Shown here piece after piece: positions 52,438 to 64,000 of a DNA stretch of 64,000 nt (the first letter of the stretch is position 1; the number at the start of each line of letters is the position of its first letter). The DNA is taken from NCBI GenBank assembly GCA_051294905.1, contig CM119371.1, forward strand, positions 26,290,001-26,354,000. The letters run 5' to 3'. The position numbers and the translations under genes were made by a program. The DNA comes from Botryllus schlosseri. Taxonomy: Eukaryota. Below the pieces are notes generated by a model. It did no database searches. It was given only the letters and a program-made list of their open reading frames with translations, and was not told the origin of the DNA.

Positions 52438-54473
52438 CAGTGATTCCCAACCGCGGCCCTGAGGGCCGCATGCGGCCCCCAACTAGCCTTCTTGCGGCCC
52501 CCACAATAATATTGAGAAATCGATTTATCAAAAAAATTACATCTATAAAATACTCTTGCTTGGGTTGGAGTCTGGAATTTTCAATTAGGATTGCAGGGAA
52601 GTTGTGAGTAGACTGCTAAGATTACGTCACTGCTGTTTCAATGCAATGTGCCCTAACTTTTCAGTTGAACGAGCAGTACCTATAGATATAGGTATAGATA
52701 TAGGTATTGACAGGACCGTAACTGCGCACCCCAAGCCAGCCAATTGGGGGGGAGCGAGCTCGAAGGGGGCCCAAAATTATTTAGTGAATTAGCATAAATT
52801 ATGGAGCATTTTATGAAATTTTATGCAACTTTTTCAAAGATTTTTCGCGCTGCGCGCGATTTAAAGTTTCCAAGTACCTTAATTACTGGGTACTCTTCGA
52901 CCAAGATAAAATACGCAAGATTTATAGAAGTGGGCATATCGGCGTTGGTCATTACCGCGTCACGACGCACGAAGACATAAAAAGTTTTAGGCCATGTAAC
53001 ATGCGACTCTAAGAAGTGTGCCAGAACGATCGGCAGCGAGAAAACCTTGGCCGAAAGGACTGCCCTTACGTTGACCGAAAACTTCGTTATGTGTATTCAA
53101 AATACAGGTATAATTGGCCATAGGCGCCGAAATGACTGGCGCCGAATGTTCCTGTCTTGGCAATCTGAACGTCACGAGACAAATAGGCTACCATCCCGCA
53201 GGGAAGAATTATATGCCAGTGAAGAACTACCAATTAGAAATCGTGTCCATCTTTTAGTTTAGTACGTTTGGGCGATTCTATATTTTTTTATATAGCAGAC
53301 TGGAGGTCACGAAATAACAAGTAACATCATGTAACGAAGTCGTACCAACGAGTCCGCCCGTCCGAATATGTTAATTATTATTTACGGGCCCTACAGTTTC
53401 CAAGACACCTCACTCAGCTCTACCGGTAAATCTGATTACGTGAGCAGAGAGGACAAGTAGCTGACAGCAATATATATGCAATTCCCGATCTTATTGACCT
53501 ATTTTATTTTGAATTATCGAAAATTTTCGCGCTCAACGCTGGCTCACTAAACAGGGAACCTGATTTCGTGGCAGAACGAACAACGGCACGGGGGGTCGGT
53601 TTATCACCCTATGGGAGCTCAAGACCTAAGTGTTTTGGGGGGCCTGACGAAGTGCTGTTTCGTTCCTGCCAACGGGTATACGCCCGAAGATGTTTAATTA
53701 TTATTGAGTGGTCCTACCTTTTCAAACATAACTCACTCGGCTCAACCGGTCAATCTGATTACGTGAGCAGAGAGAGGATAAAACTTGATACCAATATATA
53801 TGCAATTCCCGATTATATTGACCGATTCAATCACGAATTAGAGAAATTTTTCGCGCTTGGCGCGATTTGTCGAGAGAAGCTGCCTGAAATGGACACCCGA
53901 TTTAGATGATAAATAGCGGTAAACATCCATCTAGCCTGAGGGAGTCTGGGGGCTTCGAAGTTCGGTTTATCATCCTATGGGGGGCCTAAGAGAAACGTTT
54001 TTTTTGGGGGGGGGGCTGACGAAGTGCTGTTACGGCCCTGGGAATTGGTAACTAATTTACGGATAGATGTGCAATAAGTGACTCATGATTGTGGACGCCG
54101 AGATGCGTACTGCTTAGCCAGCAAAAAGCAGCATAGTTGGTAGTCCTATAGCTTGCGACCCAAGCGTCCGAATAATTTGATATGTCGGTGTTTATCGAAA
54201 GCAAGTGTCGCACTGATTCCAAAAATACGAATTGAAATCTCGCCAGGGCAATAAAACTACTCCAAAATAGCCAGCAAAGGTTGATTGTTCTGAACAATGG
54301 GAGCGCGGCAACACAATGGCCAATGGCGTCAAGCGAATGATCGGAACAGTGCCAATTTTCATATTTTGGTGACTATTAGGGGTTCCTTTCATTGCCCTGG
54401 TATTCGTGCGGCCCTGGCCGTACTCTGAAATTCTAAATTTGGCCCTGCCACCGAAAAAGGTTGGGAACCACTG
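52438..54473. mobile_element. Non-autonomous Buster/Charlie-type hAT, copy B (inverted relative to copy A)
   Basis: TIR CAGTGATTCCCAACC / GGTTGGGAACCACTG; perfect TSD ATCTAGAG (52430-52437, 54474-54481). Collinear with the reverse complement of 26700-30257 minus the level-4 insert. Confidence 0.95.
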
Positions 54474-55149
54474 ATCTAGAGGAAAATCACTTCTTCGCTT
54501 CCTTCGTCATCATGGTCATGGATAAAGGCAGACAACGCATCACGAATATAGACTAATAATGCTGTTTATTGTATCACAATCTAACAATAAGAATTTCGAA
54601 CCTGTGTCCGAAGTAAACGAGGGATAATTGTCTGAATTTACGGGACTTTTTACCAGCAAATTTACCATTTATGTTCCGTTACAAGGATGTCCACATGTAG
54701 CGAGGTACCATCAATTTACGCGTGTAAATGCCATATAATGCATGGGTCAGATAAACTTCATGCTGTTGACGAAGTGATGAGTATGGTAGATATTAGCCGC
54801 CACATGCTTCACTTTCCACGCCTCTTTAACCAGAAATAAATATTACATTTCATCTGTAACGACTTCGGCTATGCTGTCAATAAGCGAGTCCTCGACCTCC
54901 CGTGGCTACATATTAATATACATATGAACTCGTATTATACCGAATCAGGTCGCTGTCCAGTCGATTCTCGCTAATTGCAGGCACTGGCACTGATAATACG
55001 AATAGCTGAATTGCAAATGAGCTAATAGGCCTAAATATTTCAGATACGATCGGCATTCCATAGAGACGTTTAATAAGCGAGGTTAATAATGTTAATACTT
55101 TAATTTACAAGTGAGTCTATTCCCAACAAGAAACCCCTAAATTCCCCAC

Positions 55150-55618
55150 CGGTCATAATGCTCAATTGTGGCATGCTAAGGTGTCACAAGCTGAAGTGTC
55201 GTAACGCGCAATTGTCGCATGATTAAATGTCGCATGCGGAAGTGTCGTGATGCTCAAGTGCTGCATGCCAAACTGTCACCATGCTTATGTGGCCCTATGC
55301 TCATGTGTAACCATGCTCATATGTAAACATTGTCAAGTGTCCTCATGTAGATGTGTCCCCATGTTCATGTGTCTCCATGCTCATATGTCCCAATGCCGAT
55401 GTGTCACCATGCCAATATATCCCCACGCTAATGTGTCCCCATGCTCAGGTGTCCCCATGCTGCTATGGCACCATGCCGATCTTTCTCCACGCTAATGTGT
55501 CGTCATGCTAATGTGTCTCCACGTTCATATGTCCCCACGTTCATGTGTCCCCATGTTGTTGTGTCATATGCTGAGCTGTCGTTTTTCATTTTGTCGCATG
55601 CTGAAATGTCAGGCAACC
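55150..55618. repeat. Degenerate ~15-16-bp tandem array (ATGCTCATGTGTCCCC-like), probably one arm of a foldback element
   Basis: Repeated catgct.atgtgtc units ending GCTGAAATGTCAGGCAACC. The Cys/Met/His-rich ORFs here are repeat artefacts. Confidence 0.7.
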
Positions 55619-56306
55619 AATTTTTTTAATCATACGGCGAAATTCGACAGTGTGTTAGTGTGCGTGCCTGCGAATTGGAGGTAAATCCTGCACCAGATCA
55701 TGTATTGCTGTAAGGATCTGCGAACGCGAATAGAAAAACGCATCGCAGAACGCCGTTATAGTCTGCAAAAAATTTTCGCGATGCGAGCTGGACAATTCGA
55801 AGCCCGAACGCCATGGTGTTGGATATAATAAAGAGGAATTAGTGACTGAATGCGGGATTCCCCCGTATGTAATCGTCTGTTTGGTGCATTTAGTCTTATC
55901 TGCTTGAAATAGTGGTATTCCTGAATTGTCACGCAATGATCGTGTATTTTAATTAGTTACTGACACGGTGCACTACGCACCAGATTCTCAGTGGCACTAT
56001 TTCTTCATTTATTCGGTTCTTTTGAAGGAAAGCTTTCTCTACTCCAGTAAACTTGATCGACACCGGACGAGCGCGTTAACGAGCTCATCAATATCGCATT
56101 TCAACCCATTGGATATTTGGTAGAAAGCGAATTTCTACTAATATGGTCGCGACATGCGCTCAGGTTGCGCTTGCTGCAGTTACAATTGAACAATCCCACA
56201 ATTATCAAGATTACACTTAACTGTATGGCCTGATATGAGCAAGTGCAGCGCCGGTAATGAAATATCATAGTACTGTTTTGATGCGGTACGCAGCAATGCC
56301 GTAGAG

Positions 56307-58075
56307 CAGGGGTTCTCTCCCGCATGCGGCCCGCAGACCCTTATTTTGCGGCCCGCGACATCTTTCATTATGAAAGCAGTTTCTATTGGCACGGTATTCA
56401 ATTCAATATATTGCTAATAATTTCGTCATTTCAATACACCATGCATGCACAATTGCACATACTGCGATACAATGAAAGATAGGAAGGTGTCGAAACGACT
56501 TGGAGTAGTCTTCGATATCAGACATCAACCTGGCCTAGGCGATGTAAAAAGGAGGCATGCACACTGAATGAAAAGTAAAGCAAGATAACATAGAAGGACA
56601 GGTGATAAAAAAAAAGGTAGCATGTGTCGGAACTAGGAAGGCCAGATCGATGTCAGGTCGTGGTCCGGTAAATAAAGGGCTATTGTTACATAATAATTTA
56701 GCTACTTAGCTCTCTTATCGCACCGTCTCTGTCTCGTTCGATTACTTGTTCTTTGATTTGTTCTGGTTTCTTGATATATGCTCGACTTTAGATTGTTATT
56801 GTTATGAATCGATAGTCGGCTGGACTCCGGTTCAAGAGAATCCCACTGCGTACAAGGCCTACACTTTTAAAGAGTGTTTCACTCACCGCGAATGGTTTGA
56901 ACAGAAACAAGAATAAGGAACGGGAATTTAAACGGCGGAAACTTGGTTTGTAACTCTGCGTGGAACAATGAATTTGCTTTCTCGGTTATGAATAAGAAAC
57001 CGATAGGTCATATTTGTCGAAGAACAGTTGTCGTAACGAAGCGTATAAGCTTATGATATCACGACAGCTTCTTCTGGAGTTATACACATCGCTTGATCTT
57101 AAAAAAACGTTGCTAGCTGAGTGTCAAGCCCAGCAATCCATATTTCGAGGCATTGTTAAAATTACCGACGACGTTACAGTCGCATCGTTCAACATTGCTT
57201 GGAATATCGTTAAATCCAAGAACTATGCTAGAGAAGGTGTGCTTTCAATAAAACTTTAGCATAATGTGCGAATATTTACCGTTTCCGAAACTTAGCAACA
57301 ACGACAACATCATCCCATGACAAATTTTGAAGCTACAGTTGTCTGCTTCAACTGTGACCAGAAGAGTAACAGCAATGTCAGTCGATCTTTTATCGCATGT
57401 TCTGAAACACGTTGCCGCGCAGACTACTTTAGCCAAGCATTGGACGAATCCGCCGACTCCACAGACATTGCATAGCTAATTATTTGGGTGCGTAATGATC
57501 AGAGTGGACATATTTGCAGAGTAAATGCTGGCAGGGCAAACGTGGGGAGGGGACCAGCGAAAAACCTCAACTTGGCAAAGCTGACTTCTGTAACTATTGG
57601 TGTAGGGCTCTATCCATGAAAGGAAAGGAGAAGGGTTGATTGGTTTGTACAGAAATGACCCCGAACACCAGACTTTTTCTTCTATCACTGAGAGCTCAAA
57701 GTGACATTGGCCTCGGCAACGAAAAAGTTAACGTAATTTTATACTAGCTCGCTCACTCATTGAAGCAGAGACTTCGGTTCTCTGGTGGAAGGGTTTGAAG
57801 GTGTATATACCCACTTTCGCTTGACTCAATGAAGGGATGATTTACTTGCGCCGCTGGAAGATACATATTCTCACAAAAACAGCAACGGCAAACTTACGAA
57901 TGCTGTTCATTAATGCTTTATAATGCATAAGAATGTACTAAATGCCCTATACGACTGGTAAATAGGCTACTGTAGCCTAAATTTATTAGTAGCCCATAAA
58001 TACATGTTCTGCGGCCCGCAGCGTCTTATACTGTTGAAATGCGGCCCGTTATACAAAGGAAGTTGAAAACCCTTG
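56307..58075 (+). mobile_element. Decayed Buster/Charlie-type hAT with transposase pseudogene (~56900-57560)
   Basis: CAGGGGTTCTC / GAAAACCCTTG; perfect TSD CCGTAGAG (56299-56306, 58076-58083). Remnants WNNEFAF, AQQSIFR...VTVASFNIAWNIVKSK, LQLSASTVTRRV, ALDESADSTDIA*LIIWVR. Confidence 0.9.
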
Positions 58076-59991
58076 CCGTAGAGTGAGTCCTCATCCGATT
58101 ATGACGTTTTCGACAGTCGACATAGAGTAATTATGACGTAACAGGACTGTGCATACCCACACAAAAATGGTTCGGCACGACGGCATGTCTGAACCATTCA
58201 ATTGTTTACGGAGCCGGAGCAGCGGTATCAACGAGCTCCGGAGCTTGGAGCCGGAGATAATTCATCATAAAAGAGCGCTCCGGAGCAGGAGCTGGAGCAT
58301 TTAAAATTTGTTCCAGCTCCAAAGCCCTGGTTGTTGGGAAGGTTTGCATCATTAGTATGAGTGAAATCGTCATAACCACCCTGCGGATAACTTGCTACTT
58401 GCTGATGACACACCGTGTTGCTTCATTCTGACAATGTTGTCTACCTACATAGCAGTTTGTCATAATGCGCTTCTTGATATAAAAAGCAATGCCCAGGCAG
58501 TGTTGCTTCAGTTAGGATATTGCGGTACGTTGACCAGAACATCATGTCAACCTATTTGTTTCATTTGACCGTTTATGATTCACAATGAGCAGATAGTGGG
58601 TCGTAAACAACGGTAGGCCTAGAAAGTAGCCAATACAAAAGTGACAATTTGTTGAATTAACGCTACAATTGTGACAATTGGCCTCAGTAACGAGGAATAA
58701 GAAGGATTATTCTAGGGTGATTGAAAGTCGTGCTACTGCTGCAGATTAGTTTATGAAGCCGAATTTGCGATAATTTTACATTATCATCTTTGAGAGCATG
58801 CTTAATGCTTATATTTCAGTACAAACCAGTGTCGGATAATCCGTTCGGCATTCCACATCAACGTTATGCCAAGTTTGATATGGTAGAGATTTCTACCCCA
58901 AAAATCCAGCCCCTGGCTATATCGCCGTTATTAGTAATGACTAAGGCAAGTTTTTTTTAAACTGCCTGCCGCCAGCTTCATGACTACTCTAAAGTTATGT
59001 AGTATGGTGTTTTAAGCTGTTAGCAGGATTCTTACATTTCAATTTTTTGCAACTTTTCCTTATTGTTTCATGCAACTTTTTGTAACTTTTTCGATTTTTC
59101 ATGAAACAGTTTGCAACTTTTTTGAATTTACATACAACTACCGTAATTTGCCATGCATAATTCGCGCATTTCAATCAACTTTTTAGACCTAAAATCGCAG
59201 GTGCGTATTATACGTGGGTAAAAGAATTTTGAAAAAATTTCTCTCGAAATAAAACTTGCAATCACATCCTTCTTCTTTTTTGTTATCAATCGCGCATCAC
59301 ATTCGGCCATGGTGTCCGGACTTGAGTGGGAATCTGATTGCTGCATCTATTTTTAAACCCTGGTAGATGTATTCAACTCGTTTTCACCCATTGGAAGGGT
59401 GTGAAAGTGTCGTTCACATCCCGCGCCATGGTGGAAATGAAGTAATTAAGTAAACACATCTTTCTTATCTGCTGCTTCAAACACGCTTCATCCAGTTTTG
59501 GCATGCCATTTGCATGGGTGCGTACAATAGATGGAAAATTACGTTAACTCTTTACTGTAAGTATTTGGCACTATAAGTAAAAAATATCGCTTTAATATTT
59601 CACTGTCGTTTAACTTTGAGGACCTTTCTGATTTGACGTTTATTCAGGCTAGACCACCGAAAATTATATTTTCACTGGGTCAATTGTTTCAGGCTATTGA
59701 TTTTGTAGAAGTAGCTAACACTCAGTTTTGCTACAGTGCCTTGGATACGGATCGATTCTGGTATATCATACCCTAATAATTTCATTGATTTTGTTCATAA
59801 ATGCAACTTTTGAGAAAAAAAAATACAACTTTCCACGGATTTGACTACTACAAAAACTTGCCTTGGTGATGACTCAGAGCTAACAGTGATTGTAAGAAAA
59901 GCATAACACCGGTATTCACGCCACATGACGACACGTGTTTTCTAGTAGTTTGGCAACCATTTTTTTGGCACAACTAGAACAAGATCTAGAC

Positions 59992-60681
59992 CAGGGGTGG
60001 CCAATCTTTTCAGCCAAAGGGCTACATTTGATTGACGAACTATTGCGCGAGCCATTAGCCGCGCGAAGCGCAAAAATTTTTGGAAGTTCATAGGTCAATA
60101 ATATTGTCACTTGACTATATTGCTGGCCTGCTGTATATCGCTGGGCTCAGTTTGCAAGGAATGGACTATTCGGCGCCTGGACATATCCATATCAAAAGCT
60201 TCGACCAACATGCGTCAATCATTTTGTGCTTATGTTTCATAGTCGCATAGTCGCAAGGTCGTATATGTTGAACGACACTTCGTCTCGTAATCGCGAATAT
60301 ACTTATACTCAATCTGATACATTAGGCGTTCTTTCATTTTCAGAAAGGGGTAACGATATTAAAAGCAAGAAATCGAGTGACAAAATGTTGCGCAAAGCGT
60401 GCAGAAAATTTTTACTTTTGATAAATCTATCGCAAATTATTCTGCTTTATTGTAGTGTACGAAGATCTACCAAATGTGACTGACTCATGGATCTGCCAAT
60501 GCGTCGGAACTGATATTTTTTCATCACATCTCAAGTGTTGCGGCCAGACTAATCAAATTTTTGGTTGGCCTTGCAAGTTCACAATCTGTGCAATCCAGTT
60601 TTGATAATATTATATAATATTAGTAATTAGTATATACTAATTTCAGAAATTACCTCGCGGGCCACGGGTTGGCTGGCCCTG
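59992..60681. mobile_element. Non-autonomous hAT (Charlie-type) element
   Basis: CAGGGGTGGCCAA / TTGGCTGGCCCTG; perfect TSD ATCTAGAC (59984-59991, 60682-60689). Confidence 0.85.
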
Positions 60682-61519
60682 ATCTAGACCTACTAACTTT
60701 TCAAAATCCGCAACTAGAACTAGACCTAGAACCACTCGAAAACCGATAATTGGTTTACCAACTACTATAATTAGATTGATAGTACAAATGTCTGACCATT
60801 CAAATTTTCAGTAATCATTATTGAAACCAGCTTTTAAAAAGACATAGATGTTGATCCGTTTCGAGTGTAATTTTGTGTATTTGTTCTCAAAATGACTTCA
60901 ATATGGGATTTGTAATGTGTTGGCCGAAACCGGAACCAAGTCACGACATATCCGCTCCTCATTTGGTTGGTGTGAACATCACTTCATTTTTTCAGTGATT
61001 TGGATATACCTTGATTCTGCAGGAAACTAATCGGTCTTTTGGGACATATGTAATCGGCAATTTAGTGTCAGATAAATACTTTGCTACAATAATATTGAGT
61101 ACACTACAAATATCTAGGCCAGGGCATTATTTTTATTGCGGTATGCCGACGTGAAGCAATAATACAGTCGTGGTGTTGTCATTATTTTTAATATGATTAT
61201 AACCTTTATTCACAGTACACTATATTATTGTAATAACAATATTTGTTCACAGCAAAACTGGTAAATACAAACACAATTCATCGAGCAATCTGCTTTCCAA
61301 GAACATATCGCGATTAAAGTAAACCTTTCCATCAAGAAAATCACATTGTTATTCCTATACAATACACGAAGAGGTTTTCGATTACAGAACGACGGTAGAT
61401 GAAGAATCGGCAATGCTTTTGGAATTACAGAGAATTGAAAATGAAGTGTCGAAATTACAAGCTATTATTATAAACATTTTTATGTGAGATGTTTTGTGCC
61501 TATACATGGTGAATGTAAT

Positions 61520-63330
61520 TCAATTTTGCGCAGTTTCGGCTGCATCAGCGGCGGTATCAATGATTTCAACATTGAAACCGCCACTCGTATCGTCACTTCC
61601 GTCATCCGCACAATCTTGCGGGCTTTGACATTGCAGTAGGTTGGTTGTCATGAACGTCACGCTTTCTTCTGTGACTTCAGAAACCACGCCGTGGCATGTC
61701 CACACGAATGACACCTCTGATCTCTCGTGTGTTATTTTTTACGGATGCAAAGGAGATATTTGGGGTCGATGGTAGCTGCAGGGCGTCCAAATGTACCTCC
61801 GGAGTAGTAGAAACCCTTCAAGTTAATATTGACATCCTGCACAACGTTGGTTTTTACACAGTCATTTCAGATTCGTTCATTCATTAGAGTTATATCATTA
61901 GCTGTGATGAATTCTTTCGTGTCCTGCCGCTCGCACCTGAATGCATTTCTCGGTTACATGATATGGAACAAGCACACAGGTGGCAATTGCTACCGACTCT
62001 CAACAAACGTAGTTTTGATGCTTCGTTTGCTGTAGAATGTAGCTGCAACTCCACTCCGCGACTCAGAGTCAACCTGGTCCCGTTATCACACTTTTGATAA
62101 GGCGCGCTCGAATTGTGATCAGTCGGTAATGCAGATATTGCACGTCGAAGCTCACTTGGATGTCTGACTGCATCGACCACTGCATTACCAAACGCTGCTT
62201 CGTTAGTCAAGTGAACCAAATCCGAGTTGCAATACTGATCGCTTGTCAGTGATTTTAAATCTAATGACAGAATATCAACCGGTCCATCAGTTTCGGGAGA
62301 AGTCTGATCTCCCTCTGCGCTGGAATAGCTTCCTTGACAGCAAATGAAGGGAATGTGCAGCGTAGCTTACATTTTCTATTCCCTCGACGCAATCCGTGAA
62401 TCCCGCGGAAATGAAGAAAGACTTTAGTCCTGGTGAGTTCTCAAACGACGGTTTTGAAAAGGGTCGGGGTGGTAAGCCTTGACACAATGATACCCAGTAA
62501 GTCATCCTTCGTGTACAAAATACTTGACTCGCTCGGTATCATCATTGACATTGCGATTTGTTGATTGACATAGCTTGTCGTTTGCCAAACCGGTGAGATC
62601 GTTGTCACGGTTGTGTTGTCCTGTAGTTTTTCGCACTGGACAACATCCATGGTGTATCTGTCTGATCTGTCCCCCGAAAAGTCTGTTGCTGCACGCTTCA
62701 CGGCACATAGGGTAAACGAAAGTTTCTCGTTTTGTACCGCTCCGGACGCTATCAACTGGTATTTAAGTTCACCGACGTAAATCCATGGTATGGCAAATAT
62801 CTTCGTTGGCGCGTACCTTATCCTCAGATTTCATTGTCGCGATGACGATTTTTCCACGTTGCCCACTCATGAATTCGGTGATATGCTTGTTGTAGAGCTC
62901 TTTCATTTTTAAAACTATAAATCGTTCCTTCCGTGTATTTGGGAAGTCAACCGAAAGTCCTGCTGCTAAAGTTTGGGCGATTTCGTCCATCGGGAAACCT
63001 TGTTTGGATAGTGCTTGCCACATATCCCCCATGTAAGTGGAGTAACGCTTATTATGATGCTCTTTAACGAGAAAGCAGTCATCGCGCTCTACGAACACCG
63101 GCGTCAGACTAGGCGAAGGGTCTTCTTTTGGGTCGCATTTAGAGTGGACGTATACGGACAAACCAAAGCCAATCGATATCAAAATGCTCCTTCGAATTAT
63201 TTTCTCCGTTTCGCATGTGGTGAGGTATGAATGAGTTATCAAGCTTTACAGGACTGTCACATAGCGACGCCGCTGCGGCGTGAATCCCGATACGCTTGCA
63301 CTCGGGCGTACGGCATTGCCCCATCGCGAA
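61520..63330 (-). pseudogene. Unidentified frameshifted, apparently intronless coding-like tract
   Basis: Overlapping - strand ORFs (157, 104, 72, 109, 64 aa) tile ~1.8 kb in changing frames with globular-protein-like composition. The tract looks less AT-rich than its flanks. No family recognised. Confidence 0.35.
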
Positions 63331-64000
63331 CGCGGTTACTCGATGCTCGATACTCGATGGCGTTTATGTGATCCTTCACTGCTGTCCGTTGCAGAGTTAG
63401 ACAATTAGAAACTGTTTCAGATTTTCAAATTAGATTACAATTAGAATTATAGCTACTTGGTTTTAGACTTAGAATTACTGAATTCGCGAAAACTGGGAAA
63501 TTGAATCAAGCTAAGTTCATATCAAGTCACTGTTCATTCTCAAAAGCACGAGAATGGCAAATTTCTGCACAGCAAGCTTGGCTCGTTTTGCACTATATAG
63601 TTCTCATGTACAGTTTTGAAGAGAACCACAAATTGGATTGAGCAAAAAATCATTTGTCAAATCAGATGAGTATTAGATTACCGGTATTTTGTTGTATTGA
63701 GTCTAATTTGACAAAGAGAATTCCAAATTAGACTTGGATTAAGGGCCGGATTCAACCTCCAGATCGCTGGTAGGCAGAACTATAGTCCGATGATTGCTAT
63801 GTGACATTTTTTTGAAATCTTGAAAATTTCAATAATCGTCAAAATATATTTTAATTTGAAGACACACACGGATAGGAGGACGCCGAACGACCAATTGCGG
63901 TCTCTTAAACTGGCATCCACCTCGGCCTAGTGGCAAATTTCCCAGTTCCTTTCGATGTTAGTCTCTATTCCGCAGCTTTTTCTTGATCTCTTCATTCTTC

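Noticed and set aside
56488..56690. Possible solo LTR (TG...AATAAA...CA)
   Set aside because: No TSD and no second copy or PBS/PPT found.

Overview
AT-rich, intron-containing eukaryotic genomic DNA with no prokaryotic features. The ~60-nt introns and the TE families suggest a marine invertebrate, possibly an ascidian (inference only). Host content is two + strand paralogous genes with identical exon architecture (13067-18297, 9 exons, ~527 aa; and <=37600-49345). Both encode single-pass leucine-rich-repeat receptors: Cys N-cap, LRR solenoid, LRRCT, Ser/Thr stalk, TM helix and a short tail with no TIR domain; a signal peptide is resolved only for gene 1. Most of the rest is nested DNA transposons. 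One intact hAT (Buster/Charlie-type) element sits sense-oriented in the last intron of LRR gene 2. There is a four-level hAT-in-hAT nest at 26007-31280 and a decayed Chapaev3 holding a telomere-repeat foldback and further hAT MITEs. Also present are MULE-like foldbacks, decayed hAT transposases and tRNA-derived SINEs. An unidentified, frameshifted, coding-like tract lies on the - strand at 61.5-63.4 kb, possibly also 50.5-56.3 kb. Exon models, TIRs and TSDs were read by eye, and family names come from recalled motifs, not database searches.
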